Below, piece by piece: positions 48,276 to 61,234 of a stretch of DNA of 64,000 bases. The stretch spans positions 109,492,001-109,556,000 of the forward strand of contig NC_043003.1 of the NCBI RefSeq assembly GCF_006345805.1. Reading direction: 5' to 3'. The translations under genes and the position numbers were made by a program. The notes below the pieces were generated by a model, which worked only from the letters and a program-made list of their open reading frames with translations, did not search any database and was not told the DNA's origin. Position 1 is the stretch's first letter; each line of letters starts with the position of its first letter. Source of the stretch: Octopus sinensis (lineage: Eukaryota).

Positions 48276-48431
48276 TAACGTATGTATGTATGTATGTATG
48301 TATGTATGTATGTGTGTGTGTATGCATGTATGTATGTATGCATGTATGCATGTATTTATGTATGTATGTATGTATGTATGTATGTATGTATGTGTGTGTG
48401 TATGTATGTATGTATGTGTGTATGTATGCGT

Positions 48432-48740
48432 CAGTAAAGCTGGACTCATGAGTCATCTTCGTAGTCATATCTGTCGGGTATGTGGAAGAGAGTGTAAGAG
48501 AGTGTAAGAGAGTGGAAGAGAGTGTAATTCGGCAGGAAGACTTAAACGACACGCAAAGGTACATGAAGTCCAGTTACAACTACAGCCGGCTATTACCGGT
48601 AAGGGTTTTAGTTGCCAATTCTGTACAAGACATTGTAGATCTTTAGCAGGGCTAAAAAGTCACGTTCGATCACAGCACCAGTAACAGTTAAGCTTCGTGC
48701 AGTGGCCATACTCGATAACGAGGGGGCAGCCATCATTATG
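48432..48740 (+). mobile_element. RTE-type LINE 3' end with C2H2-like zinc fingers, inserted in (ATGT)n
   Basis: SKAGLMSHLRSHICRVCGREC...GRLKRHAKVH...CQFCTRHCRSLAGLKSHVRSQHQ* then GTGGCCATACTCGATAACGAGGGGGCAGCC. Confidence 0.65.
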
Positions 48741-49014
48741 TATGCATGTATGCGTGCATAAGACTTTTGCAATTCTGTTTCTTACTGTGCATGTTCTAAC
48801 TTGCTTTGTTGTCCTTCTTTAATCTTCACGGACACCCTTGCTCTCTGTCCCCTCTTTAAAACTTTCCCAACGAGTTGTAGTGCACCAGAGCACTGTAACA
48901 ATATGGTCATTATATATATGTATATATATACATACATACGTATGCGTGTGTGCATATATATATATATATTAATATATATACATATATATGTATATGTATA
49001 TATTCATTTATTTC

Positions 49015-49328
49015 TTTTTTATTCTTTTAGTTGTTTCAGTCATTTGCTTTCGGCCAGGCTGGAGCACCACTTTTAGTCGAGCAAATCGACCCCAGGACTT
49101 ATTCTTTGTAAGTCTAGTACTTATTCTACCGCTATCTTTTGCCGAACCGCTAAGTTACAGGGACGTTAACACACCACCGTCGGTTATCAAGAGATGTTGG
49201 GGACAAACACAGACACACAAACATATACACACATATGTACACACACACACACACACACGCACACACACACACACTACACACACACACACACGTGCGCGCA
49301 CACACACAGACACACACGCGCGCACACA

Positions 49329-49360
<32 letters not shown>

Positions 49361-49533
49361 GATATATACACGACAGGCTTCCTTCTGTTTCTGTCTGCCA
49401 AATCCACACACAAGGCATTGGTCGGTCCGAGGCTATAGTAGAGGTCACTTGTCCAAGTGCCGCGCAGTGGGACTGAACCCGGAACAATGTTGTTGGTCAG
49501 CAAAACTACTTACCACACATCCATTCCAGCGCC

Positions 49534-49535
<2 letters not shown>
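49015..49535 (-). mobile_element. SINE family A with an expanded internal (CA)n
   Basis: Both halves present around a roughly 150-bp CA-rich tract. Confidence 0.85.
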
Positions 49536-49565
<30 letters not shown>

Positions 49566-49722
49566 TGTATGTATGTATGTATGTATGTATGAATGTATGT
49601 ATGTATGAATGTATGTATGTATGTATGTATGTATGTATGAATGTATGTATGTATGTATGTATGTATGTATGTATGTATGTATATACATACATATACATAT
49701 ATGTACATACATACATACATAC

Positions 49723-49757
<35 letters not shown>

Positions 49758-49760
49758 CGC
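49536..49760. repeat. (ATGT)n/(ACAT)n/(TA)n compound microsatellite
   Basis: Directly visible. Confidence 0.95.
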
Positions 49761-49923
49761 ACATACACGTATATATGTGTCTGTGCATGGAAGAGACTCT
49801 GCTTTTATACTTTATTTGTACTTTAGTATGAAGTAAATATCCTCGAATAACGCCAATCTTCGCTTGCCCATTTTCTATTGTATCTCCTCTCTGTCCCTGT
49901 CTGTCTGACTGTCTGACTGTCTG

Positions 49924-49958
<35 letters not shown>

Positions 49959-50068
49959 CAACCGATAAGGGTGAGAAAATTGGGTACTAACTTAATAGCA
50001 CATCCATTTACCACCAAGTGGCTTAGTGCATAAAAAACCCGGACTACGACACATTTTATACATAAATG

Positions 50069-50444
50069 TAAGAGAGTGACCACCATGTGGTCTACTCTAG
50101 CACTAAAAATAGATCCGCAAGGTTTCAGCCACAAAAGAAATTGTTTCCGTTGAAAGTTAGCACTACTACCAGCGCAAATGAACAGGGCAAATAAACATAA
50201 CAAAATGTAGATTAGTTCGAGACAATTGTTTCGCTATTAATAAATTATGTGGTTTTACTTACATAAATTTATCTGTAGCTCCTCAGCCGAACCCGTCCAG
50301 GACTAATTTACATTTTGTTATGTTTATTTGTCCTGTTCATTTGCGCTGGTAGTAGTGCTAACTTTCAACGGAAACAATTTCTTAGTGGCTGAAACCTTGC
50401 GGATCTATTTTTAGTGCTAGAGTAGACCACATGGTGGTCACTCT

Positions 50445-50448
<4 letters not shown>
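50069..50448. mobile_element. Foldback MITE with about 148-bp TIRs, TA-flanked
   Basis: 50069-50216 is the near-perfect reverse complement of 50302-50448. Confidence 0.85.
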
Positions 50449-50485
<37 letters not shown>

Positions 50486-50770
50486 AGTTGAAATTTGCAA
50501 AAAAAAAAAACAACAAAATATGATGAAAGTTGTATAAATATCAAACAGGTGTATTAGTTCGACGCTCGGGAAGGTGAGAAAGTCTTTTACGTTTGGAGTC
50601 TTCATCCTTCAACAGAAAGGAACACGAGGAAATAAAGAGAGAGAGAGAGAATAAAAATACCTTTGGAGTTAACAGTCAATCATATGTATGTATATACACA
50701 TACATACATACATACATACATACATACATACATACATACATACATTCATACATACATGCATGCACGCACG

Positions 50771-50819
<49 letters not shown>

Positions 50820-50989
50820 CACATAATAGCGAGAAATTGAGGTTATAAGAGGTAATGGTGTCATTGAGACCCAAAGGTGTCAGGTAATGCTGAATAAGTG
50901 CTATAGACAGACCATAGTTAAGTTCCAGATTTGGTCATTTTGCGATTAGGGGGTTCAAAATTGGTCATATGTCAGCGTGAGTATATAAG

Positions 50990-51104
50990 AATCTTTTGCG
51001 TAATGAGATAAAAAACCAAGGCTGTGTAGATATTAGAACATATATCTATAAATGTTCTAATATCTACACAGCCTTGTTTTTTTTATCTCATTACGCAAAA
51101 GATT
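50990..51104. repeat. Near-perfect palindrome (about 52-bp arms, short loop)
   Basis: AATCTTTTGCGTAATGAGATAAAAAACCAAGGCTGTGTAGATATTAGAACAT is mirrored by ATGTTCTAATATCTACACAGCCTTGTTTTTTTTATCTCATTACGCAAAAGATT. Confidence 0.9.
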
Positions 51105-51529
51105 TTTTTATATATATATAGTCATACACACACATACACATACATACATATATACATATATATGTATGTGTGTCTGTGTGATCATCATTATATGCCTGTG
51201 TTGTATATATGTATGCATGGGTGTATGTGTGTGTGAATGTGAATGCAATCTTTCTTTTCATACACAAAGTAGCTGTTGTTCAAAGCGAGATTGTAATTGA
51301 CTCATCCCATCTTTTATTTAATGATTCAGACATATTGAATCGAGGATAACATTATCTAAATATGATCCGAGGGATATATGGCTACTATTTCTAGCAATAT
51401 TGTTTGGTTGCAGAAAGACTTGCTTGGGACTCATGAGTGACGTATCGTTACGGTAGAAATAACGAGGCATTGAAAATATTAAACGTATAAATCAAGAGTG
51501 GTCTCCCTTAGATAAAAGATCTTAGTTAT

Positions 51530-53652
51530 GTCCCTTGAACGGTTTTGATATTCCTAGAATATTTCAACGAATTCCTGAGTGATTTTGCCTGCTAAATTCA
51601 AAAATAACTCCAGTTTTTCTCTAACAGGTCTAGTTTTCTGACTAGATCTGATAGAGTAAGTATTTTATTCATACAAGAGGCACATAATATGAATCAATAA
51701 AGAGAGCGTAACAGAAAATAAAGTACAATTAAAAATTGAAAATTGAAGATGCTTATTGGCAAAGATTTTTGGCAGAAACTAAAAGGAATAAATTTACGCT
51801 TCTTTGAGCACCGTGAATGTTGAGCAACTAATATCTCATATTAAGCACCAGCAATAGTCTTCCAACATCACAGCGTCTCAACGTCCTTGCTACCGAGTTT
51901 CTATATCCTTGATGTCCTGATGGAATCGTTCACCTTGTTCATCGCTAACATCTCCGAAGATTTCAGGGAAAAGACAAAGATGACTAATAAGATAATACAT
52001 TTTGATGCTCATATTCGCGCCAATTGTTCCTCAAGAAAATTTTGCACTACTTCTCTAAGGGTTAGCCAAGCTGATGCTTCATTTTTGCTCATCGTTTTCA
52101 CGAAATTTGTGCCCTTCAAGAGCTTACGGATATGTGGTCCATCAAAAATCCCTGCTTTAAGTTTTTCAATCGTCAACTCTGGAAATACACTGCAGATATA
52201 CTTGAAGCACTCCCCATTTTTGTCAAGAACCTTAACGAATTGCTTGATCAACCCGAGTTTGATGTGCAGAGCGGGAAAAATGACCTTTTCTCGCTCAACT
52301 AAAGGTTCTTCCAATATATTGGCAGCTCTACATGGAGCCATATCTATTAAGGCGGCCAGTCCTTCTTAACATAGAGGTCTTCTTGGTCTCTACTTTCTCA
52401 CATGCAAAGAAAACAGGGGTATTTGGTATCACCAGATTGCTGTTCCATGAGAAAATTCACGATCCTTAAATCAACGCAGATGATCCATTTATGACCATGA
52501 TAGAGTATGTTCTCTAAAATCAACTTAATTTTTTCATATTTTTCCTTCAGAGTTGTTGAGTGGTCGAATGGGACAGAGCCACATACATTTCCGTTGTGCA
52601 ACAATACACATTTTAAACTACGCTTAGAGCTGTCTATGAAAAGACGCCATTCCTCTGGTTTGTATTCCTCAATGTCAAGTTTATTAAGAAGCCCACTGAC
52701 ATCTCTGCAGTAAACCAGCGCTTCCTCTTTTGCGAAGAAAGAAAGGAACTCTTCATGCCGTCCCGATAGCAGCTTATACGGACACCATTCTCTAGAAGTT
52801 TCTTCTCTATCAGTTGGGAAGCCAACAATTCTGCAGAATCTTTTGGGAGCTTCAAGTCACGAACTAGATCATTCAACTCTACCTGGGAGAATAGCTGAAG
52901 TAAAATCTCAACTGAAAAGTCTTGATCTCTAGTGTCTTCTTCGGGAGATGAATCTTCTTTGGTTGAGGGAAAAGTTATCTGAGGCAAAACATTGAAGACA
53001 GGAACAAGAAGCTCTTCACTGTGTGGAACCGGTTTAATAGCAGATTAGGGTAGACAAATGTTTGTCGATTTTTCCGGTTAATACCCTTCAAATTTAGGTT
53101 ACAAAAATAGCAGACGTCCACGTGATTATAGGGCTCCCGCCATATCATTGCTGTATAAAACCCCATACTTTTCCTTGTCCCTTTAGTCCATTGTCGCAAA
53201 TGTTCTGTACATTGTTCGCAGACTCTATGTGGTGCCCAATATTTATCTGGGTCTTCCAGTTTGACCCCAAAATATGCCATATACGCTCTTTCAACAAAAT
53301 CAGTGATATTTTTTCGATTTTCAGGTAATGTGTATTCTCCACAAATATAATAAAACACATTTGGAGAATTAACGCAACACTTTCTTGAAGAGGACATCTT
53401 GCTCATTTTCTATTGCTTAGTTCACCACAACATCTAAAAAGTATGGAAAAGGAAAAATAAACTTAGAATTAGAATAAGTTAACGAACACTGCGTACTGGA
53501 CGTACACACATAAATAGTAACTGTAAGGATGGTCAATAACTTAAAAACTAGATCTGATAGGTCAAAAACAAGATTATATTTGGATTCAGGAGACCGATTT
53601 TCTATAGGATTGCTGTCTATTTCCTAAACACCGAAAACCTTGTAGGCCAGTG
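51530..53652 (-). mobile_element. Decayed Chapaev3-like (CMC superfamily) DNA transposon
   Basis: Minus-strand transposase in 4-5 pieces: Chapa-type Cys/His motif (CCVNSPNVFYYICG...WAPHRVCEQC...WREPYNHVDVCYFC), QQSGDTKYPCFLC, LHIKLGLIKQFVK, SDEQGERFHQDI. Terminus CACTGGCC at 53652 next to TAA. Subterminal AAAACTAGA(T/C)CTG at both ends; left TIR not resolved. Confidence 0.7.
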
Positions 53653-54005
53653 TAATGTGTATCTTGTGCTACCCACCAACTAAATTCAGGTCTGTATAAC
53701 AGCATTGCTGGAAAACTGCCTTTACTAGTAGTATAATCTTTTCTTTTAAGGCTTATGATTCATAGGGGTGAAATTTTAAGGCTGCTGCCCCTCTCTGTTG
53801 TTTTGTTAGGTGTTGTTAGGTAAGTTAGCTTCGTGAGCAGTTTGTCTAACTTTAAATAGTTCTAGTCGACGTAATATAGTTGGTTTATGTTTCTGTGGGT
53901 TTAGACGAAGATCAACTCCTTTGATATCTAAGTTGGTAGAGTACATTGCTCCTTGGACAGTATATGTGTGTGTGTGTGTGCGTGCGTGTGTGTGAGTGTT
54001 TGTGG

Positions 54006-54006
<1 letters not shown>

Positions 54007-54102
<96 letters not shown>

Positions 54103-54105
54103 GCA
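54007..54105. repeat. (ATCT)n array
   Basis: Directly visible. Confidence 0.95.
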
Positions 54106-54529
54106 TATCTGTCTATCTGTCTGTCTGTCTAGATAATTAGATTGATAGATAGCTGTCTGTTTGTCTTTCTGTCTATCCATCTGACCGACCGTCCGTCTGA
54201 CCGCTTGTCTGCCTGCCTGTCTGTCTGTCTCTTTGTATGTGTATCTAACTATCTATTTGTATGTATACATACTCATATACCACATACACTCACACACGCA
54301 CGCACGCACGCACGAACACACACATACCCACGTGCGCACATTAAATGTTCAAACTCTTGTTCCCTCTCTCCCCAACTTGCACGATAACCTGGTTACTACA
54401 CACTCTGCTTGCTGTATGTTAAGATAGATAACCTCCAAGACGTGTCTGGAGGTTTTCCGCTTCGATGGTCTACAACGTTGTCAGGAATTTGAGTAGTTAC
54501 TTTCTGGGCCCTTTATTACATGATCTTAC

Positions 54530-54762
54530 CTATTTCTTTACTACCCACAAGGGGCTAAACACAGAGGGGACAAACAAGGACAGACAAACGGATTAAGTCG
54601 ATTATATTGACCCCAGTGCGTAACTGGTACTTAATTTATCGACTCCGAAAGGATGAAAGGCAAAGTCGACCTCGGCGGAATTTGAACTCAGTACGTAGTG
54701 GCAGACGAAATACCACTGAGCATTTCGCCCGGCGTGCTAACGTTTCTGCCAGCTCGCCGCCT
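54530..54762 (-). mobile_element. SINE family B, young full-length copy
   Basis: Near consensus; flanked by a duplicated ATCTTACC. Confidence 0.9.
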
Positions 54763-54902
54763 TATCTTACCATGATCTTACCATTCCCTCTTCCTTCATG
54801 TTGCTGTATGTAATATGGAGAGCAATTTTTTAAAGGAAGTATTTCTACTTAATGATACCCTTTATATAGACTGAAAATACTGCATTTGAAAAATTAAATC
54901 GG

Positions 54903-55270
54903 TATATGGCTATGTGGTAAGAAGTTTCCTTCTCAACCATATGGTTCAGGGTTCAGTCCCACCGCGTTGGTACCTTGGGTAACTGTCTTCTGCAGTAACC
55001 TCGGGCCAAGCAAAGCCCCTTGAAAGGATTTTGTTGAGTGGAACTGAAAGAAGCCCGTCATATATATATATATCTATTCTTTTCTACTCTAGGCACAAGG
55101 TCCGAAATTTTTGGGGAGGGGGCCAGTCGATTAGATCGCCCCCAGTACGCAACTGGTACTTAATTTATTGACCTCAAAAGGATTCGACAGTATTTGAACT
55201 CGGAACATAAAGACAGACGAAATACTGCTAAGCATTTCGCCCGGCGTGCTAACGTTTTTGCCAGCTCACC

Positions 55271-55361
<91 letters not shown>

Positions 55362-55950
55362 CCTATCTATCTATCTATATGAATGCGCGTGGCTTAGTGG
55401 TTAGGGTATTTGGCTCGCAATCGTAGGGTCACGAATTCGATTCTCGGCGGCGCGTTGTGTCTTTGAGCAAGACACTTTATTTCACAGTGCTCCAGTCCAC
55501 GCAGCTGGTAAAAATATGTAGTACCTGTCCTTCAAGGCGCCAGCCTTGTCATACTCTGTGTCATGCTGAATCTCCTTGAAAATTATGTGTAGGGGTACGC
55601 GTGTCTGTGGAGTGCTCAGCAATTTGTACGTTAATCTCACCAGCGAGCTGTTCCATTGATCGGATCAACTGGAATCCCCATCGTCGTAAGCGACGGAGTG
55701 CCAGTTTATATATATATGTTTGTGCGTGTGTATGTGTGTGTTTGTGTCTGTGTTTGTACCCCTACACTGTATGACAACCGGTGTTTGTGTGCTTACGTCC
55801 CCGTAACTTAGTGGTTCGGCAGAAGAGACAAAAAGACTGATAGAATAAGTACCATGCTTGAAATAAAGGACCATGCTTAAAAAATTCATTCGGCTAAAAG
55901 TATTCATGGCGGTGGCCCTGTATGGCCACCGTCAAATGATTGAAACTAGT
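54903..55950 (+). mobile_element. SINE family A split by nested SINE B (minus, 55075-55270), (ATCT)n and SINE D (plus, 55381-55700)
   Basis: A 5' half ends in (TA)n at about 55070; A 3' half resumes after (TA)n at about 55710. Confidence 0.7.
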
Positions 55951-55991
55951 TTTAGGCAAAAAAGACTATACACACACACGCACCCCCACAC

Positions 55992-56031
<40 letters not shown>

Positions 56032-56049
56032 TCACACACATATATATAT

Positions 56050-56760
56050 ATAGTTGAAATTTACAGAAAAACAAAAGATGAAGACAGGTGTATGAACAAT
56101 AAGCACATGTATTAGTTTGATGGTCAGGAAGGAGAGAAAGTCTTTTGTTTCGAGCCTGCGCTCTTCAACAGAAAGGAATATCAGGAAATAAACAGAGGGA
56201 GAATAACAAAAGAATAAAAAAAACTTTTGGTGTTAGCGGTCAATTATGATGACTGGTTGGACAAAGGTAGTTAGACAGGAGAGCTAGGAAGAAGGGAATA
56301 TAATAAAGTACTGGTGATCCCAAAACGAAGGTGCGCATGCATGTGTATGTGAGTGTGTGTGTGTGTGGATAAGAGCAGGTGACTTTGATCTGTGGATGTG
56401 GGGGTGGTGTGATGTGGTGTGGTGGTGGTGTGATGTAGTGTGGTGGTGTGTAGTGTGGTGTGGCGGTGTTGAGATGTGAGGATATGAGGGTAGCGTGTGG
56501 GTTAGGGTCATGTTGTGGGGGTAGGGGTGGGGTATATGGGAGTGGGATGTGTGGGGTGTGGGGGTGGATAGAGGGGGTGTCAATGAAGGGAGAAAGTGGG
56601 AAGGAGTGAAGAGAGGAAGTAGGTGTGAGAAGAAGAGAGGAGTCAGATGAAGAGTGGAGGATAGTTGAGTCCAGGTGGTACAAAGGAGCGAAGAGAGAAG
56701 ATTAAATCCAGTTCACGGTGAAAGCGGGAGTCCGTATGGCCCCTGTGCAAAGACAATCCA
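56050..56760 (-). mobile_element. Penelope-like element 3' end (GIY-YIG C-terminus plus tail)
   Basis: RFHRELDLIFSLRSFVPPGLN matches the R...E...I..L....P.GLN terminal motif of Penelope endonucleases; tail homologous to 45320-45500. Confidence 0.7.
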
Positions 56761-56775
56761 TATATATACATATAT

Positions 56776-57172
56776 GGATGGCTGTGTGAAAGTAGCTTGC
56801 TTACCAACCTCATGACTCCGGGTTCAGTCCCACTGTGTGGCACCTTGGGCAAGTGTCTTCTACTATAGCTCGGGCCGGCCAAAGCCTTGTGAATGGTTCT
56901 GGTGGACGGAGACTGAAAGAAGCCCGTCGTATATATATATATGTTTGTTTGTGTATGTACATGTTTGTGCGTGCGTGTTTGTCCCCCCAACATCGCTTGA
57001 CAACCGATGCTGGTGTGTTTACGTCCCCATAACTTAGCTGTTCGGCAAAAGAGACCGATAGAATAAGTACTAGGCTTACAAAGAATAAGTCCTGGGATCG
57101 ATTTTCTCAACTAAAAGCGGTACTCCAGCATGGCCGCAGTTAAATGACTGAAACAAATAAAGAATAAAAGAA
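56776..57172 (+). mobile_element. SINE family A
   Basis: Full copy abutting the Penelope fragment at a TA-rich site. Confidence 0.88.
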
Positions 57173-57271
57173 TATATATGTATATGCGCGCGCGTGTTTG
57201 TGTTTGTGTGTGTGTTTATATATATGTAACCTGCAGGTTGTGCTTTGATGCTCTGCTGTACACTTTACCAG

Positions 57272-57327
57272 AATATTTTGACTCGGATCCAGTAAAACAC
57301 GACACTCCGAAACTCTTGTTACGTTAA
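57272..57327 (+). CDS. Candidate terminal coding exon of the plus-strand gene
   Basis: Acceptor CTCTGCTGTACACTTTACCAG. In phase 1 it reads (E)YFDSDPVKHDTPKLLLR*, compatible with exon 4; AATAAA at 57505-57510. No homology support. Confidence 0.35.
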
Positions 57328-57522
57328 CCGTGTGAGCGAACGAAAGGTGGACTACATTGTAACGCCTTTCAGTCATGTAATATATATAATAATAATAACG
57401 AACCAAATGTTGATATTTCGAATGCTTTTAATACACGTACTTCCCGTGATTATGTATGATAAAATTTCTTATATATTCCTCAGTCAAAATATTTCAAAAG
57501 TAAAAATAAACTACACACACAC

Positions 57523-57562
<40 letters not shown>

Positions 57563-57780
57563 GCGCGCATACACGCACATGCACGTTAGTGTACTTTGCT
57601 TTTAATTTTATTTTTTCCAAGCAGAGTCTGTCGCTATACTGGGGCGCCACCATTGGTCTGACTTTTGATTTATTTCATTTCAACAACCCTCTCTCTTTGT
57701 TTGATATTAATGAATGAGGGAATTGGGCAACGCAGCATTTCTTTGCATTTCTTGCTGTGATGTGTTGTTCATCAGATAAA

Positions 57781-58580
57781 AATTTGTCGAGTTAGCGCCA
57801 AAGATATTATCCACATCATAAACACTTGTCTGAAAATGTCATTATGGTTTATCTACCTGTGAGATATGATGTTGTAGCAAATACCTTGTATAATGAGATT
57901 CGTCAGAAGGATAACCCTGAAGCCAGAGAAATAAGAACCCTCAGTCTCTTCGAAGCCCTAGCCACCCCTAATAAGAAGGAGTACTGGTGGAATGTCCCAG
58001 TGGAAACCTTAATAAAATGAAAACATAAAAAATCTGACATTGTGATTTGGGATGGAGAAGAGACACTGTGTACAGTTGTGGAAATCAGCTGCCCACCGGA
58101 TGTTAAGATATTGCTGAAGATCAATGGAAAAGAAGATACCTATGCTGAACTATTGAGAGATCTACAGTTACTCTACCCGGATTACAAGTTCAGGTTTATA
58201 CCCGTAATTATTGGGTCACTAGGATATATAACGCATTGCCTAAGTACGAATCTTGAGAAATTAGGCTTCTCAAAACCAGAGAGGAGAAAGCTGATTCGAA
58301 GACTACAGATCCAAGTCATCATTGGAACTGTAAAAATCTGTGAAAATTTCCAGAAGTTTATCATTTAAGTTTATCATTTTGCATATGTAGATATACAACT
58401 ATGTGGATGACAATACATAAATAAAACAAAACATACAAATCTGTACGTGCACTGACTCCAAATACAGCACACATACATACAAGCAAAAATACTCTGTTGA
58501 TGCTGTTGAAATTCCAATGAGGGAGCCTTGGATCTAAGTTAGAAACCGGTTCTTTCTCTATTGGCAAAAAAATCTTGAAA
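57781..58580 (+). mobile_element. 5'-truncated R4/Dong-like LINE (restriction-like endonuclease domain plus 3' UTR)
   Basis: HIINTCLKMS...YLPVRYDVVA (CCHC/RHD region), KSDIVIWD...VEISCP (PD-D/ExK type), FIPVIIGSLG. Confidence 0.8.
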
Positions 58581-58904
58581 TAAAACTGAATAATGATATA
58601 CATACGTACGTACGTACATAAATTCATTTGAGCGCTTAGATTTACAGTTGTAGGTTCTAGATTTGCTGGTATTTAGCTTAGATGTTAGTCTGTCTAAGGA
58701 GAAGTCAATAGGCTGTGTGTCACTTCGATTCTATGTTCATTTGTTTTAGCCGGAAATCATAATTACAAAGTTCAATTTATATAATCTTCAGAAAAATTTG
58801 AATGCTGCAATTATGCCTGAATTAACATTCTCATATGAATTGAAGAGTGGAAAGATATTTCGAAAGTAATCAATCCGAAATGTAGTGAATTAAATCAATT
58901 GTAT

Positions 58905-59112
58905 CAGGATGTATGTATGTTTGTACTTATGTATGTATGTGTGTGTGTATGTATGTATGTATGTATGTATGTATGTATGTATGTATGTATGTATGTGTGT
59001 GTGTGGGTGTTGTATGTATGTATGTATGTTATGTATGTGTGGTGTGTGTATGTATGTTGTATGTATGGTGTGGTGGTGTATGTATGTATGTATGTATGTA
59101 TGTATGTATGTG

Positions 59113-59144
<32 letters not shown>

Positions 59145-59156
59145 TGTATGTACGTA

Positions 59157-59189
<33 letters not shown>

Positions 59190-59522
59190 GTATGTATGTA
59201 TGTATGTGTGTGTGTATGTATGTATGTATGTGTGTGTATGTATGTATGTGTGTGTATGCGCGTGTGTGCGTGTGTGCGTGCGTGTGCATGTGTGTAGTAT
59301 GTGTGTGTGTGTGTACATACATATATGTATAAACATATATTGGTGTCGCTGACTGTTTACACAAACACACACGCGCACATACACATAAATGCACACAGTG
59401 AATATGTATGCGTATCTGTGTACATGTATATATGTATGTATATATGTATGTATGCACGCACACACACATAATTTCTCACACACACACTTTAAAACATACA
59501 CACACACACACACACGCACACA

Positions 59523-59574
<52 letters not shown>

Positions 59575-59575
59575 A
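58905..59575. repeat. (ATGT)n/(GT)n/(CA)n compound microsatellite
   Basis: Directly visible; source of the YVCM and HTYI ORFs. Confidence 0.95.
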
Positions 59576-60099
59576 TCTATTTATCATCAACGTATTAAAT
59601 CTCGGAAGCAAACCTTGCCTGTAAATCCTGTGCACATACAGACGAAAATCTGAGCAACAGGAGACTCATTCGACCAAAATAAGATGCTCACGCACCCCAT
59701 CCCTCTTCTCATATACACATATGACAGCATGTAGGTATATATATATATATATTTGTACCAATTTCAATATTCTACCGATATATTACATGAAAAACCTCAA
59801 CATCAAATCACAGAAATTTCTAGAGTTGGGAACTTCCTTGCATGAATCATTTTCAGCAGATTGTTTTCATGAATATTCATAGCTTCTTGTGTTTCCTATA
59901 TTCTTCCTACATTTTGTTTGTCTAAATGTGAGTCGAAAGTTTAGCCGAACACTTCGTTCATATTTCTCTTCAGTGCCGCACTATCGTATGCATCTTGTCG
60001 TATGCATACATTTACATACCAAACACCATATATTATGCAGTGATACATATTACATAAGATCTATCCTGTAATATGTTCAGTATGGAAATTTTGTTCTTC

Positions 60100-60154
<55 letters not shown>

Positions 60155-60384
60155 TCGATGTTTGTGCTTTATCGAGTAGAATAGATTTACCCAGTGAACC
60201 CGGGGTTTGCATAAGCTGAATATAAACTGAAACTTTCATTTCAGAATGAATAAACCACAATAGCCAAAAGGCTAAATACAGAAAGTTGTCATCGTTCAAA
60301 TGTAATATTTTTCTATATAAATGTCGATGCGAATAAAAATTATTTGTACAATAGTTAATGGATGACGTAATATTATATTTTATA

Positions 60385-60530
60385 TGAAACATACATACAT
60401 ACATACATACATACATACATACATACATACATACATACATACATACTACATACATACATACATACATATACATAATAACAACATACATACATACATACAT
60501 ACATACAACATACATACATACATACATACA

Positions 60531-60562
<32 letters not shown>

Positions 60563-60594
60563 CATACATACATACATACATACATATACATACA

Positions 60595-60625
<31 letters not shown>
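60385..60625. repeat. (ACAT)n array
   Basis: Directly visible. Confidence 0.95.
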
Positions 60626-60627
<2 letters not shown>

Positions 60628-61234
60628 GTCGGTTTGATGATGTGGCTGTAAAGCCTGCTCTGTGTAAGCATTCGACTTGTTTGGGCACGCTTACGTTAGA
60701 AAACAATTTTAGAAATGACTTTTTTTCTGCCAAAATGCTAAAAATAACTGACCAAAATGGAGAAAAAAACCAACCAAGATTCAACCAAATCAAAACATAA
60801 ACCCAAATACTAAGCGAACGAAGATGAACCATCCCATTTTCATTGCGCACACACGCACACACACACTCGCATACACACACATTCACATCCCCCTTTTTAC
60901 ATACACATACACACATATATTCACACAGAGTTGAAATGCTGTTTGATTTATTTTTTCAGTGTACAATTTTCATCATCCTACTACCAAGTATGACATCCCT
61001 TCCTTCCTTATTCATTTATCACTCCTTCTTTTCTCATTCATAGACACAAGAGTATTATTATAGTAGATTATCACGGTAACCATGGGAGCTATGAAAAAAT
61101 ATAAATCCCAGATCATTCTACACATCTATGTAAGTTTTCGCGCAATTCCACCTAGCCGCTTGATCGTAAATTCCAAGACAAGAATCGCCCATGTCAAATT
61201 TATATGTATCGATATAATATAATATAAGAATAGT

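Noticed and set aside
58890-60916. Long ORFs rich in YVCM, HTYI, His, Met or Tyr (also at 8014, 41218, 48124-49831, 62775)
   Set aside because: Reading frames through simple repeats that lack stop codons.
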